Positions 1 to 8,291 are shown, numbered from the stretch's first letter. The stretch is DNA of 27,120 nucleotides from Sphingomonadaceae bacterium (GCA_050261575.1 JBLNDL010000067.1:62001-89120); one strand, 5' to 3'. Translations and numbers: made by a program. Notes: a model not told the origin generated them from the letters alone.

Positions 1-242
1 CGATGTGCGCCACCGTCTGCCCCAGCGGCGCCATATTCTTCGGTAGCTACCAGGAGTTCACGGCGCGCCAGCGAGGCCGCCCGGTGAACGTGCACCGCTT
101 CGGCCGCCAGAGTGTGCGAACGAGGGTGTACGTGATGGCACCTCCAGGGGTGGAGGAGCTGCCAGTGGAGCAGTTGCCCGACTACAGCGAGGCGCTCACC
201 GCCGAGCCGCAGGCGACCGACTCAGCTGAGAGGCCACGATAG
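1..242 (+). CDS. C-terminal part of a 4Fe-4S dicluster (DmsB/NrfC-like) electron-transfer subunit; truncated by the window edge
   Basis: Begins MCATVCPSGAIFFG, the CxxxCP-xxA-xxFG end of the last Fe-S cluster motif of DmsB-type subunits; lies upstream of Rieske and NarK genes; stop TAG at 240-242. Confidence 0.8.
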   Translation, partial: MCATVCPSGAIFFGSYQEFTARQRGRPVNVHRFGRQSVRTRVYVMAPPGVEELPVEQLPDYSEALTAEPQATDSAERPR

Positions 243-244
243 AT

Positions 245-318
245 CCACAGACGTCGCAGGCTTGCGCAGAATGGTGCCCTCCAGATCGGCATCTGCGACC
301 CTCTGCGTGCATCTGCGG
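245..318. repeat. Degenerate palindromic element built from ~10-nt CGCAGA units
   Basis: Left arm CACAGA..CGCAGG..CGCAGA (245-270); right arm ATCTGCG..CTCTGCG..ATCTGCG (291-317, exact 10-nt period) is its approximate reverse complement. Confidence 0.6.
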
Positions 319-381
319 GTAGGTCGTGTTGGGGACTAGGACGCGCGATTCCTGGTAGGGCACGATAAGGAGGAATGCTGA

Positions 382-897
382 ATGAATCTGGACGAGCAGC
401 GACGCCGCCACCCCAGGGCTCAGCGATACCCCTACCACACACTGGATTTCCCATACCAGCGCGACCTCGACAGCTACGTCACCCGGCGCGACTACCTGCG
501 GTTGCTGGTCTTCACCTCCTTCGGTCTCTTCCTCGGGACCGCCGCCATCGCCGCGGTGGCGCGACTCCCGCGACAGCCCGCGCCGCCGCTGCGGGTCGCA
601 GGGATCGGCGACATACCGGAAGGGGAGGCTCTCCAGTTCCACTATCCCACGCCAGACGACCCCGCCATCCTGATACACCTGCCGGGCGGCCGGTTCGTGG
701 CCTACAGCCAGCTATGCACCCACCTCGCCTGCGCCGTTCTGTGGGACTCCGGCCGGCGAGTGCTGGAGTGTCCCTGCCACGAGGGGTTCTTCGACCCTGA
801 GACCGGCCGGGTCCTTGCTGGCCCACCCCCCCGGCCACTGCCGAGGATCGATCTCAGGATCGAGGGCCAGGATCTCATCGCCTTCCAGGAGGTCTGA
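382..897 (+). CDS. Rieske [2Fe-2S] protein with N-terminal Tat-like motif and membrane anchor
   Basis: Rieske boxes CTHLAC and CPCHEGFFD, C-terminal GPPPRPL; TRRDYLR followed by a hydrophobic helix; AAGGAGG Shine-Dalgarno (SD) upstream of ATG 382. Confidence 0.92.
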   Translation: MNLDEQRRRHPRAQRYPYHTLDFPYQRDLDSYVTRRDYLRLLVFTSFGLFLGTAAIAAVARLPRQPAPPLRVAGIGDIPEGEALQFHYPTPDDPAILIHLPGGRFVAYSQLCTHLACAVLWDSGRRVLECPCHEGFFDPETGRVLAGPPPRPLPRIDLRIEGQDLIAFQEV

Positions 898-899
898 GA

Positions 900-1133
900 A
901 TGGCAGCACGTCCCGGCTTCGACCCCGAGCAGCGCGGAAGTTCCGGCTGGATGGCGGTGATCAATGGGCTCCTGGCAGGGGTGATTATGCTGGTGATCCT
1001 GCAGCTCTGGCTGCTGACGGTGGCGCTGGATGCTCTGCTGGCCGGCAACCTCGCCGAGACGGCGGGCCTGGCTGTGGCCTCGGGCCTCGCCTTCCTGGGT
1101 TGCCTGGGAGCGCTGTCAGTGGCGCGCCGATGA
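900..1133 (+). CDS. Small two-TM membrane protein, DUF6755-like
   Basis: 77 aa with two hydrophobic helices and an LQLWLLT motif; starts 2 nt after the Rieske stop and overlaps the narK start (ATGA at 1130-1133). Confidence 0.75.
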   Translation: MAARPGFDPEQRGSSGWMAVINGLLAGVIMLVILQLWLLTVALDALLAGNLAETAGLAVASGLAFLGCLGALSVARR

Positions 1134-2320
1134 CGCGCGAAAGGGCCCGGACGGAGGCCGATCTCCCCTCCTGGGGGGCGCTGGCGCTGGCCACCGCCGC
1201 CTTCGCCCTCTGCTTCGCCGTGTGGGGCTCGATCGCGCCCCTGGCCCCCAAGTTCGCCCACGTCCTCTCCCTCTCCGCCACCGAGACTGGAGTACTGATC
1301 GCGGTGCCGGTGCTACTGGGCTCCGTCGCCCGCATCCCCACCGGGCTGCTCGCCGACCGCTACGGCGGCAGGCGCGTCTTCACCGGCCTCCTGCTCTTCC
1401 TTCTCCTCCCAGTGGCGCTCATCGGCACCGCCACATCCTACGTTGCGCTCCTCTTCTGGGGCTTCTGGCTGGGAGTGGCCGGAGCATCCTTCTCCGTGGG
1501 CATACCTTACGTGGCCCGCTGGTTCCCGCCGGAGCGGCAGGGCACAGCCCTCGGCATCTACGGTATGGGGAACATAGGCACCGCCCTGGCGGCCTTTCTC
1601 TTCCCATGGATCGCCGCCCGCTTCGGCTGGCCCGCCGCATTCTGGGTCTTCCTTCCGCCCCTCGCCCTCATGGCGGCACTGTTCTGGTTCCTGGGCCGCG
1701 AAGCCCCATGGCCAGCCGGGCCACCTGCCTCCTTCTCCGCCCAGTTCGATCTGATGCGCACCCAACCCCTCACGTGGGCACTCAGCCTCTTCTACTTCGG
1801 CACCTTCGGGGGCTTCGTCGCCCTCTCCATCTACCTCCCCACCTTCCTCGTCCAGGCATACGGACTCGACCTACCGGACGCCGCCGCTCGTGCAGCGGGG
1901 TTCGTGGTGCTGGCCACTCTGGCACGGCCCCTGGGCGGGCTTCTGTCCGACCGAATCGGCGGGGCACGTGTGCTGGATGTGGTGTTCCCCGTAGTCGCAC
2001 TGCTGGGAGCGCTGCTCGCCACCCTTCCCGACATGCCGCTGCTCACGGTAGCCTTCCTCGGGATCGCCATGGCGCTGGGGGTGGGCAACGGCGCCGTGTT
2101 CAAGGTGGTAGCCGAGCGCTTCCCACGAAACGCCGGCGTGGTGAGCGGCCTGGTGGGAGCGGCGGGCGGGCTGGGAGGCTTCTTCCCACCGATCATGATG
2201 GGACTCTTCCGTGACCTCACCGGCAGCTATGCCCTCGGCTTCCTCCTGCTCGCGGCCTTCGCCCTGCTGAACCTCACCATCAACCTGCTGGCGCTACAGC
2301 CGGGCGGCCACGGCTCGTAA
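1130..2320 (+). CDS. narK: Nitrate/nitrite MFS transporter (NNP/NarK family)
   Basis: Multi-TM MFS with DRYGGR, nitrate signatures GIYGMGNIG and GAAGGLGGFFPP, and the two conserved Arg (ARIPTG, ARPLGG). Start set at the ATGA overlap (1130), not 815. Confidence 0.9.
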   Translation: MTRERARTEADLPSWGALALATAAFALCFAVWGSIAPLAPKFAHVLSLSATETGVLIAVPVLLGSVARIPTGLLADRYGGRRVFTGLLLFLLLPVALIGTATSYVALLFWGFWLGVAGASFSVGIPYVARWFPPERQGTALGIYGMGNIGTALAAFLFPWIAARFGWPAAFWVFLPPLALMAALFWFLGREAPWPAGPPASFSAQFDLMRTQPLTWALSLFYFGTFGGFVALSIYLPTFLVQAYGLDLPDAAARAAGFVVLATLARPLGGLLSDRIGGARVLDVVFPVVALLGALLATLPDMPLLTVAFLGIAMALGVGNGAVFKVVAERFPRNAGVVSGLVGAAGGLGGFFPPIMMGLFRDLTGSYALGFLLLAAFALLNLTINLLALQPGGHGS

Positions 2321-2405
2321 GAGCTGGCTCCTGCAGGCGCCCCGGTCGTCCACACCCGGGCGGCAGGGGACAGGTGACACGAGCGTGCGCAGCACCGCGC
2401 CTGCC

Positions 2406-3266
2406 CTACCGATTCACCACGTCGATGGCCGCCGACACGTCCAGGAGCCCCAGTCCGCGGCGGCTCGCCTCCTCGTAGATGGATAGCGCTGCGGAGACCA
2501 CCGGCAGCTCCAGCCCCAACTCCGCCGCCATCTCGCGCGCCAGCCTGAGGTCCTTGGCCACCACGTCGACCGCGGCGCCGCGGCTGAACTCGCGCTCCGC
2601 CACCTTGTCGAAGCGGGTCTCGACGGCCCGACTGAAGCCGGTCCCCACCCAGACGACCTCCTTCAGCAGCTTCAGGTCGACCCCGGAGCGCAGCGCCACC
2701 GCCATCATCTCCAGCACCGCCGCGTTGTTGATCCCCATCAGGATCTGGTGCAGTGCCTTGACGGTGCAGCCGCTGCCCACTGGGCCCGCGTGGAACACCC
2801 GCTTGCCGATGCACAGCAGTACCGGCTCGGCTCGCTTCACCGCCTCGGCGTCGCCCCCGACCATGATCCCCAGGGTGCCTGCCTTGGCGCCGATGGTTCC
2901 GCCCGTCACCGGAGCGTCGAGGAAGACGGCCCCCTTCGCGGCGAAACGGGCGGCGATCTTCCGGGCCAGGCTCGCGCTGATGGTGCTGAGGTCGGCGAGT
3001 ATCTGTCCAGGGCGCGCCCCCTCCAGCAGGCCCTGCTCCCCCAGGTAGACCGTCTCCACCACCGCGAGGTTGGGGAGAGAGGTGAGCACCATCTCCGTCG
3101 ACTCCGCGACCTCACGGGAGCTGGTCGCCACCTGCGCCCCTGCCCGCGCCATCCGCTCCAGCGCCTCCGGAGAGGCATCGTAGGCGAGCAGGCTGTGCCC
3201 CGCTTCCAGGAGATGGGGGGCCATCAGCGACCCCATGTTGCCGACCCCGACGAAGCCAAGATGCAT
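2406..3266 (-). CDS. NAD(P)-dependent beta-hydroxyacid dehydrogenase (3-hydroxyisobutyrate dehydrogenase / tartronate semialdehyde reductase family)
   Basis: MHLGFVGVGNMG Rossmann start, FLDAPVTGG, catalytic Lys in GSGCTVK, KDLRLA; GGAG SD upstream of ATG 3266. Confidence 0.92.
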   Translation of the reverse strand: MHLGFVGVGNMGSLMAPHLLEAGHSLLAYDASPEALERMARAGAQVATSSREVAESTEMVLTSLPNLAVVETVYLGEQGLLEGARPGQILADLSTISASLARKIAARFAAKGAVFLDAPVTGGTIGAKAGTLGIMVGGDAEAVKRAEPVLLCIGKRVFHAGPVGSGCTVKALHQILMGINNAAVLEMMAVALRSGVDLKLLKEVVWVGTGFSRAVETRFDKVAEREFSRGAAVDVVAKDLRLAREMAAELGLELPVVSAALSIYEEASRRGLGLLDVSAAIDVVNR

Positions 3267-3486
3267 AGATCGATCTCCATTTCCCACGCCGCTTCGAGGC
3301 GGCGCATTATTGGGTTGCGCGCCACGAGATTTGGCCCTGGCGACTGTACCCCCTTCCGCCGCATCTTTCAAGCTTCCTTGCCATCCTCGAGAGCCGCAGA
3401 CGGGGAGGCCCGAAAGGCCTGTAGCCGCGCCCCTTAGCGCGTGACGCACGTTGCCGCATAGCGCAGATGGAGACTTCGGTGGCCCC

Positions 3487-3514
3487 TTGCATGCCTATGC
3501 GGTACAATTACTAT
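3487..3514 (+). promoter_or_regulatory. Candidate sigma70-type promoter for the mutS2 leader
   Basis: TTGCAT (3487-3492)-16 nt-TACTAT (3509-3514), with an alternative TACAAT at 3503-3508, in a locally AT-rich patch. Confidence 0.4.
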
Positions 3515-3600
3515 ACAGACCATGTGAAGGGGGCTTCTCGGGGGACACCAAGTTCACTCCGAGTGATCCAGAATACAGCCCACGTGAAAGGGGGCTTCTC
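3513..3600 (+). repeat. Direct repeat pair (27/28 nt, 60-nt period)
   Basis: ATACAGACCATGTGAA-GGGGGCTTCTC (3513-3539) versus ATACAGCCCACGTGAAAGGGGGCTTCTC (3573-3600): 2 mismatches and 1 indel. Confidence 0.9.
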
Positions 3601-3622
3601 TCGATAGAGAAGCCTTCTCCTT
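3589..3622 (+). terminator. Hairpin in the mutS2 leader (possible attenuator or weak terminator)
   Basis: GGCTTCTCT-CGAT-AGAGAAGCC perfect 9-bp stem (3593-3614), extendable to 13 bp with G-U pairs; followed by pyrimidine-rich TTCTCCTT rather than a clean U-run. Confidence 0.45.
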
Positions 3623-3640
3623 GAAAGCCTACGGAAGCCG

Positions 3641-6166
3641 ATGGAAGAGCACGACCTGCAGACCCTGGAACTGAACAAGGTGCTGGAGCGGCTGGCGGGC
3701 CACGCATCCTTCTCCGTCAGCCACGAGAAGGCCCTTGCCCTGCGTCCGGCCACGGAGATGGCCGAGGTGCTGAGGCGGCAGGCCGCGACCCACGAGGCAC
3801 GCCGCCTCCTGGACCTGAAGCCCAACTTCAGCATCGGCGGTGCCAGGGACATCCGCAGCCAGGTCCGGCGCGCCGCGGTGGGTGCGCTTCTGGCCCCCGA
3901 CGAGCTGCTGCTCGTCGTCTCTACCATCGCGAGCAGCAGAATCGTACGGGGAACGATGGCCAAGCTGGGAGACCAACTGCCGACCCTGGAGGAGATCACA
4001 CTCCCGATCGGCACGCACGACGGCCTGGAGCAGGAGATCCGTCGGGCCATCAACGACGCCGGCGAGGTGGTGGATTCCGCCAGTCCGGCGCTGGCCCACG
4101 TCCGCCTGGAGCTGCGGCGAGCCCACGAGCGGCTGATGTCTAAGCTCAACGAGATCGTCACCTCCCCAGCGTATCGACAGGCCTTGCAGGAACCGATCGT
4201 CACCCAGCGGGGCGGCCGCTACGTGGTGCCGGTGAAGGCGGAGTTCAAGGGGCAGGTGAAGGGCATCGTCCACGACCAGTCGGCCAGCGGCGCCACGGTC
4301 TTCATGGAGCCGTTGGTGGTAGTGGATCTGGCCAACCGATGGCGGCAGCTTCAGATCGACGAGGAGCACGAGATCGAGCGGATCCTCCGGCAGTTGAGCG
4401 GCCTGGTGGGTCGGGATGCCGAGGCTTTGGAGCGCACCCTGGAGGCCCTGGCGGAGGTCGACCTCTGCCTCGCCAAGGCGAAGCTGGCGGAGGCGATGCG
4501 GGCCGAGAGCCCCCGACTGGTGGATCTGCCGTCGCGAGGCGGGGACACGGGGACTCTGGGCCTCGGGGAGGCAGGGGCCACTCACCCAGTGAAGGTGCCC
4601 CCCGGCACGGTCACGCCTCTCCCAGGGGGAGAGGGAGGACACGGCCGCCCGGGGCCCAGGACCCCGGGCTCAGGGCTGGGCATCCGGAACCCGACGGAGC
4701 CGTGCGTCCGGCTGGTCAACGCCCGCCACCCCCTGCTCACAGGCCACGTAGTGCCGATCACAGTAGAGCTAGGGGGCGACTTCGACGTCCTGGTGATCAC
4801 CGGTCCCAACACGGGCGGGAAGACGGTGGCGCTGAAGACGGTGGGGCTTCTCTGCCTCATGGCCCAGTGCGGGCTGCAGATCCCGGCGGAGCAGACCTCT
4901 GTCGTCGGGGTGTTCCGCGCCGTCTACGCCGACATCGGGGACGAGCAAAGCATCGAGCAGAGCCTCTCCACCTTCTCCTCCCACGTCAGTCGAATCGTGG
5001 ACATCCTTGGCAAGGCGGACGAGCGCTCGCTGGTGCTGCTGGACGAGCTGGGGGCCGGCACCGATCCCCAGGAGGGTTCTGCGCTGGCGCGGTCGATCCT
5101 CTCTCACCTGCTGGCGAGGAGGATTCCCACCATCGCCACCACCCACTACTCGGAGCTGAAGAGCTTCGCCCACACCACGCCGCGGGTGGAGAACGCCTCC
5201 GTGGAGTTCGACCTCGAGACCCTCTCGCCCACCTACAAGCTGAGCATCGGCCTCCCAGGTCGCAGCAACGCCCTGGCCATCGCAACGCGATTGGGGATGG
5301 GGCAGGCGATCATCGAGGGGGCGAGGGAGCTACTGCAACCTGCCGACCTGGAGATCGAGGGGTTGCTGGCCCAACTCCAGACGGACCGAGAGGAGGCCCG
5401 AAACGCCCGGGCGGAGGTCGAGCGGCTGCGGGACCAGTTGCGGGCCCAGAGGGCCCGACTGAACGCCGAGCTGGACGACCTGCACGAGCGCAAGGCGCTG
5501 ATCCTGGAAAGGGCCAGGGAGCAGTCGGAGCAGGAGCTGGCGGCCCTGCGTCAGAAGATGCAGCAAGTGGTGCGTGAGCTGGAGAGAATCCGAGTCGAGC
5601 GGGATCATGCTGCTCCCATTGCCGACCTGGTGAAGCAGGTAGAGGACCTGCGCCCACTGCGAACCTCCGGCAGGCGGCGGCAGCGCCGCGAGCCGATGGA
5701 CACCCACGATCTGAAGGTCGGCCAGGCGGTGTACCTGGCGAGCCTGCAGACGACGGGTGTGGTCGCGTCCCTGCCAGACGACCGGGGCGAGGTGGAGGTG
5801 CAGGTGGGAAGCCTGCGAACCCGGGTAAAGACGCGGGACCTCTGGCGAACCGACCAGCCACAACCACTGGCGCCGCGCTCGCCGGACATCACCTATCGGT
5901 TCCATCAAGAGGCGCCGGATATCAGCATCCAGCTCGACCTTCGGGGTCGCCGGCCTCCGGAGGCCGAGGAGGAGTTGGACCGCTACCTCAACGACGCCTA
6001 CCTGGCCGGACTGAAGCAGGTCCGGATCGTCCACGGCAAGGGCACCGGTGCCCTGCGCCAGGCCGTCCGGCAGCAGCTCGCCTCCAGTCCCCTGGTGCGC
6101 CACTTCGAGTCGGCGGGCGACCGCGACGGCGGCGAGGGCGCCACCGTGGTCTCCCTCGCCAACTAG
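3641..6166 (+). CDS. mutS2: MutS2 endonuclease / ribosome-collision splitting factor
   Basis: HDQSASGATVFMEP, ARHPLL, Walker A GPNTGGKT, IGDEQSIEQSLSTFS, Walker B LLDELGAGTDP, coiled coil, KOW-like segment and Smr domain (LDLRG...IVHGKGTG). Confidence 0.97.
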   Translation: MEEHDLQTLELNKVLERLAGHASFSVSHEKALALRPATEMAEVLRRQAATHEARRLLDLKPNFSIGGARDIRSQVRRAAVGALLAPDELLLVVSTIASSRIVRGTMAKLGDQLPTLEEITLPIGTHDGLEQEIRRAINDAGEVVDSASPALAHVRLELRRAHERLMSKLNEIVTSPAYRQALQEPIVTQRGGRYVVPVKAEFKGQVKGIVHDQSASGATVFMEPLVVVDLANRWRQLQIDEEHEIERILRQLSGLVGRDAEALERTLEALAEVDLCLAKAKLAEAMRAESPRLVDLPSRGGDTGTLGLGEAGATHPVKVPPGTVTPLPGGEGGHGRPGPRTPGSGLGIRNPTEPCVRLVNARHPLLTGHVVPITVELGGDFDVLVITGPNTGGKTVALKTVGLLCLMAQCGLQIPAEQTSVVGVFRAVYADIGDEQSIEQSLSTFSSHVSRIVDILGKADERSLVLLDELGAGTDPQEGSALARSILSHLLARRIPTIATTHYSELKSFAHTTPRVENASVEFDLETLSPTYKLSIGLPGRSNALAIATRLGMGQAIIEGARELLQPADLEIEGLLAQLQTDREEARNARAEVERLRDQLRAQRARLNAELDDLHERKALILERAREQSEQELAALRQKMQQVVRELERIRVERDHAAPIADLVKQVEDLRPLRTSGRRRQRREPMDTHDLKVGQAVYLASLQTTGVVASLPDDRGEVEVQVGSLRTRVKTRDLWRTDQPQPLAPRSPDITYRFHQEAPDISIQLDLRGRRPPEAEEELDRYLNDAYLAGLKQVRIVHGKGTGALRQAVRQQLASSPLVRHFESAGDRDGGEGATVVSLAN
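4533..4692 (+). repeat. Composite repeat insertion in frame within mutS2
   Basis: Octamers GGGGACAC/GGGGACTC/TGGGCCTC/GGGGAGGC (4541-4572), palindrome CCTCTCCC-AGG-GGGAGAGG (4616-4634) and seven degenerate heptamers ending with GGAACCC (4644-4692). Confidence 0.65.
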
Positions 6167-6195
6167 TACTCCGACACACTGAAGGCGATCGGTAC

Positions 6196-6265
6196 TGTCA
6201 TCCTGAGCGGAGCGAAGAATGCCCACGCCGCGGCGGGAGGGCCTTCGCCGGCCCTCAGGTTGACA
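6196..6265. repeat. 70-nt miniature inverted-repeat element (TGTCATCCTGAGC..GCGAAG type)
   Basis: Left arm TGTCATCCTGAGCGGAGCGAAG; the right arm CTTCGCCGGCCCTCAGGTTGACA reverse-complements to TGTCAACCTGAGGGCCGGCGAAG. Confidence 0.75.
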
Positions 6266-6340
6266 CCCATCGAGACCAAGTGGCACAGCGCTGGAACCGA
6301 TTCCTGTTTCGGGGGAAGGGTTGGGATGAGGGTGGCACTC

Positions 6341-6349
6341 TGCTACAAT
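6341..6349 (+). promoter_or_regulatory. Extended -10 promoter element
   Basis: TGCTACAAT (TGn-TAnnAT) about 55 nt upstream of the ATG at 6406. Confidence 0.5.
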
Positions 6350-6405
6350 GATGGCACCCTTCGTGCTTTCCCTCTGCGCAGCACTTCTTTGAGAGGTTCA
6401 TCCTA

Positions 6406-6864
6406 ATGGATAAGCTGATCCAAACGGCCCTGATCGTGGTGGGGGCCTACCTCCTCGCTCTCTGGGTCGCCGCCATCTGGTGGACCTATCGCGATATCAG
6501 GAACCGCACTCGCGACATCCTGCTCCAGATGGCCGCTACGCTGCTGGTTGCAGTCTTCAGCTTCCCCGGGCTGCTGATCTACCAGGTGCTGCGCCCGCCG
6601 AAGACCCTGTCCGAGGTGTACGCCATCGCGCTGGAGGAGGAGGCGCTGCTCCAGGACATCGAAATCCGCACGGCTTGCCCGGAGTGCAAGCACCGAACCG
6701 AGGAGGACTTCATCTTCTGTCCCAACTGTGGGACGCGGTTGAAGAGGCTGTGCAGCAACTGCCGAAGGCCGATGTCGCTGCGATGGAACACCTGTCCCTA
6801 CTGCGGAGAGGGGGTGGATACCCTCTCCTCACTCCGAGAACGGGAGTCGGCCCACAGAAGCTGA
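6406..6864 (+). CDS. Membrane protein with C-terminal double zinc ribbon
   Basis: Two N-terminal TM helices (W..RD..R, Y..LRP..TL) followed by four CxxC pairs (CPEC, CPNC, CSNC, CPYC); GAGAGG SD. Confidence 0.88.
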   Translation: MDKLIQTALIVVGAYLLALWVAAIWWTYRDIRNRTRDILLQMAATLLVAVFSFPGLLIYQVLRPPKTLSEVYAIALEEEALLQDIEIRTACPECKHRTEEDFIFCPNCGTRLKRLCSNCRRPMSLRWNTCPYCGEGVDTLSSLRERESAHRS

Positions 6865-6890
6865 CCATCACGACGCGATCATCGACGAAG

Positions 6891-6918
6891 CAGGGGCGGG
6901 TCCTGTAACCCGCCCCTG
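6891..6918. terminator. REP-like perfect hairpin between convergent genes (probable bidirectional terminator or stabiliser)
   Basis: CAGGGGCGGGT-CCTGTA-ACCCGCCCCTG, 11-bp perfect stem between the zinc-ribbon gene and der. Confidence 0.65.
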
Positions 6919-6968
6919 AAACGCGCACGGCCCGCTCGACTGGGACTCGTCCTCCAGGTCTGCCCTTT

Positions 6969-8291
6969 CTACTTCTCGCTCCTGGGCTTCATGACGATCC
7001 GGATCGGAGTGCCCTCGAAACCCCAACGGGCACGAATCTCGTTCTCCAGGTATCGCACGTAGGAGAAGTGGGCCAGCTTCGGCTCGTTGACGAAGAACAC
7101 GAAGGTGGGAGGCTCCACCGCTGCCTGAGTCACGTACAGCAGCTTCAGCGACCGTCCCCGGACAGACGGCGGGGGATGGTGAACGAACGCCTCCTGCATG
7201 GCATCGTTTAGCGCTGAGGTGGGAACGCGCTTCCTTCGCTCCTCGGCTATGGCCAGGGCCATGTCCAGGATCTTGGTCACGCGCTGCTTGGTGAGGGCCG
7301 ACGTGAACACCAGTGGCACGTAATCCATGAACCGGAAGGCGCGGCGGATCGCCTGGGTGTACTCCGTGGTGGTGGTGGGCCCCTTCTTGACGAGATCCCA
7401 CTTGTTGGCCACCAGCATCATACCCTTGGCGGCATCCAGGACGTATCCGGCCACGTGGGCGTCTTGCGCCGTCACGCCCTCCTCGGCGTCGATCACCAGG
7501 GCGGCCACGTCGCTTCGCTCCACCGCCTGCACCGCGCGGATCACGCTGTACTTCTCGATCCCCCGATCGATCCGGCCGCGTCGACGGATTCCGGCCGTGT
7601 CCACCAGCAGGATCGACTTATCCCTGTACCGGATCAGGGTATCGATGGCATCCCGAGTCGTGCCCGGCACCGAGCTAACCATCACACGGCTCTCCCCCGC
7701 CAGGACGTTCACCAGGGAGGACTTGCCCACGTTCGGCCGACCCACGATGGCCAGCCGGACGTCCGCCGCCTCCTCCGCCGCCTCGGCCGTCTCCTTGCTG
7801 AACCCCCGGACTACCTCGTCCAGGAGGTCCCCAGTACCGTAGCCGTGGATCGAGGAGACGGCGATGGGCTCGCCCATTCCCAATTGGTAGAACTCCACCG
7901 CGTCCATGGTGCGCTGGGGGTTGTCGGCCTTGTTGGCGACCAGGATCACCGGCTTATCCGTCCGGCGGAGCAGATCGGCCACATCGTAGTCGACGGCGGT
8001 AGGCCCCTCCCTGGCGTCCACCACGAAGAGGATGGCGTCCGCTCGTTCGATCGCCTCCTCTGCCTGGCTGAGGATTCCCTGGTTCACCTCGTCCGGCTCC
8101 CCGAAGTCCAGTCCCCCCGTGTCGATCAGGGTGAAGGGGGCACCGTTCCACTCCACCGTCCCGTAGATCCGGTCGCGGGTTGTGCCGGGGGTCTCGTCGA
8201 CGATAGCCCTCCGCTCCCCCACCAGCCTGTTGAACAGGGTGGACTTGCCCACATTAGGTCGGCCAACGATGGCCACGATAGGCTTAGCCAT
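6969..8291 (-). CDS. der: Ribosome biogenesis GTPase Der (EngA)
   Basis: Two tandem GTPase domains (GRPNVGKS twice, GTTRD twice, DTGG/DTAG, NKAD/NKWD) and KH-like C-terminus PPTFVFF...YLEN..R..GFEGTPI. Confidence 0.98.
   Translation of the reverse strand: MAKPIVAIVGRPNVGKSTLFNRLVGERRAIVDETPGTTRDRIYGTVEWNGAPFTLIDTGGLDFGEPDEVNQGILSQAEEAIERADAILFVVDAREGPTAVDYDVADLLRRTDKPVILVANKADNPQRTMDAVEFYQLGMGEPIAVSSIHGYGTGDLLDEVVRGFSKETAEAAEEAADVRLAIVGRPNVGKSSLVNVLAGESRVMVSSVPGTTRDAIDTLIRYRDKSILLVDTAGIRRRGRIDRGIEKYSVIRAVQAVERSDVAALVIDAEEGVTAQDAHVAGYVLDAAKGMMLVANKWDLVKKGPTTTTEYTQAIRRAFRFMDYVPLVFTSALTKQRVTKILDMALAIAEERRKRVPTSALNDAMQEAFVHHPPPSVRGRSLKLLYVTQAAVEPPTFVFFVNEPKLAHFSYVRYLENEIRARWGFEGTPIRIVMKPRSEK

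Noticed and set aside
3400..3426. SRP RNA domain IV look-alike (AGGCCCGAAAGGCCTGTAGC)
   Set aside because: It forms a fully paired stem and lacks the CAGG...AGCAG internal-loop signature and the long flanking helix.
3513..3600. Mini CRISPR array (28-nt repeat, 33-nt spacer geometry)
   Set aside because: Only two imperfect copies, no resemblance to repeat families I recognise and no cas genes in the window; better explained as a leader duplication.
4520..4700. Intein or intron in mutS2
   Set aside because: No N-terminal Cys/Ser block or C-terminal His-Asn, far too short, and no group I/II intron hallmarks.
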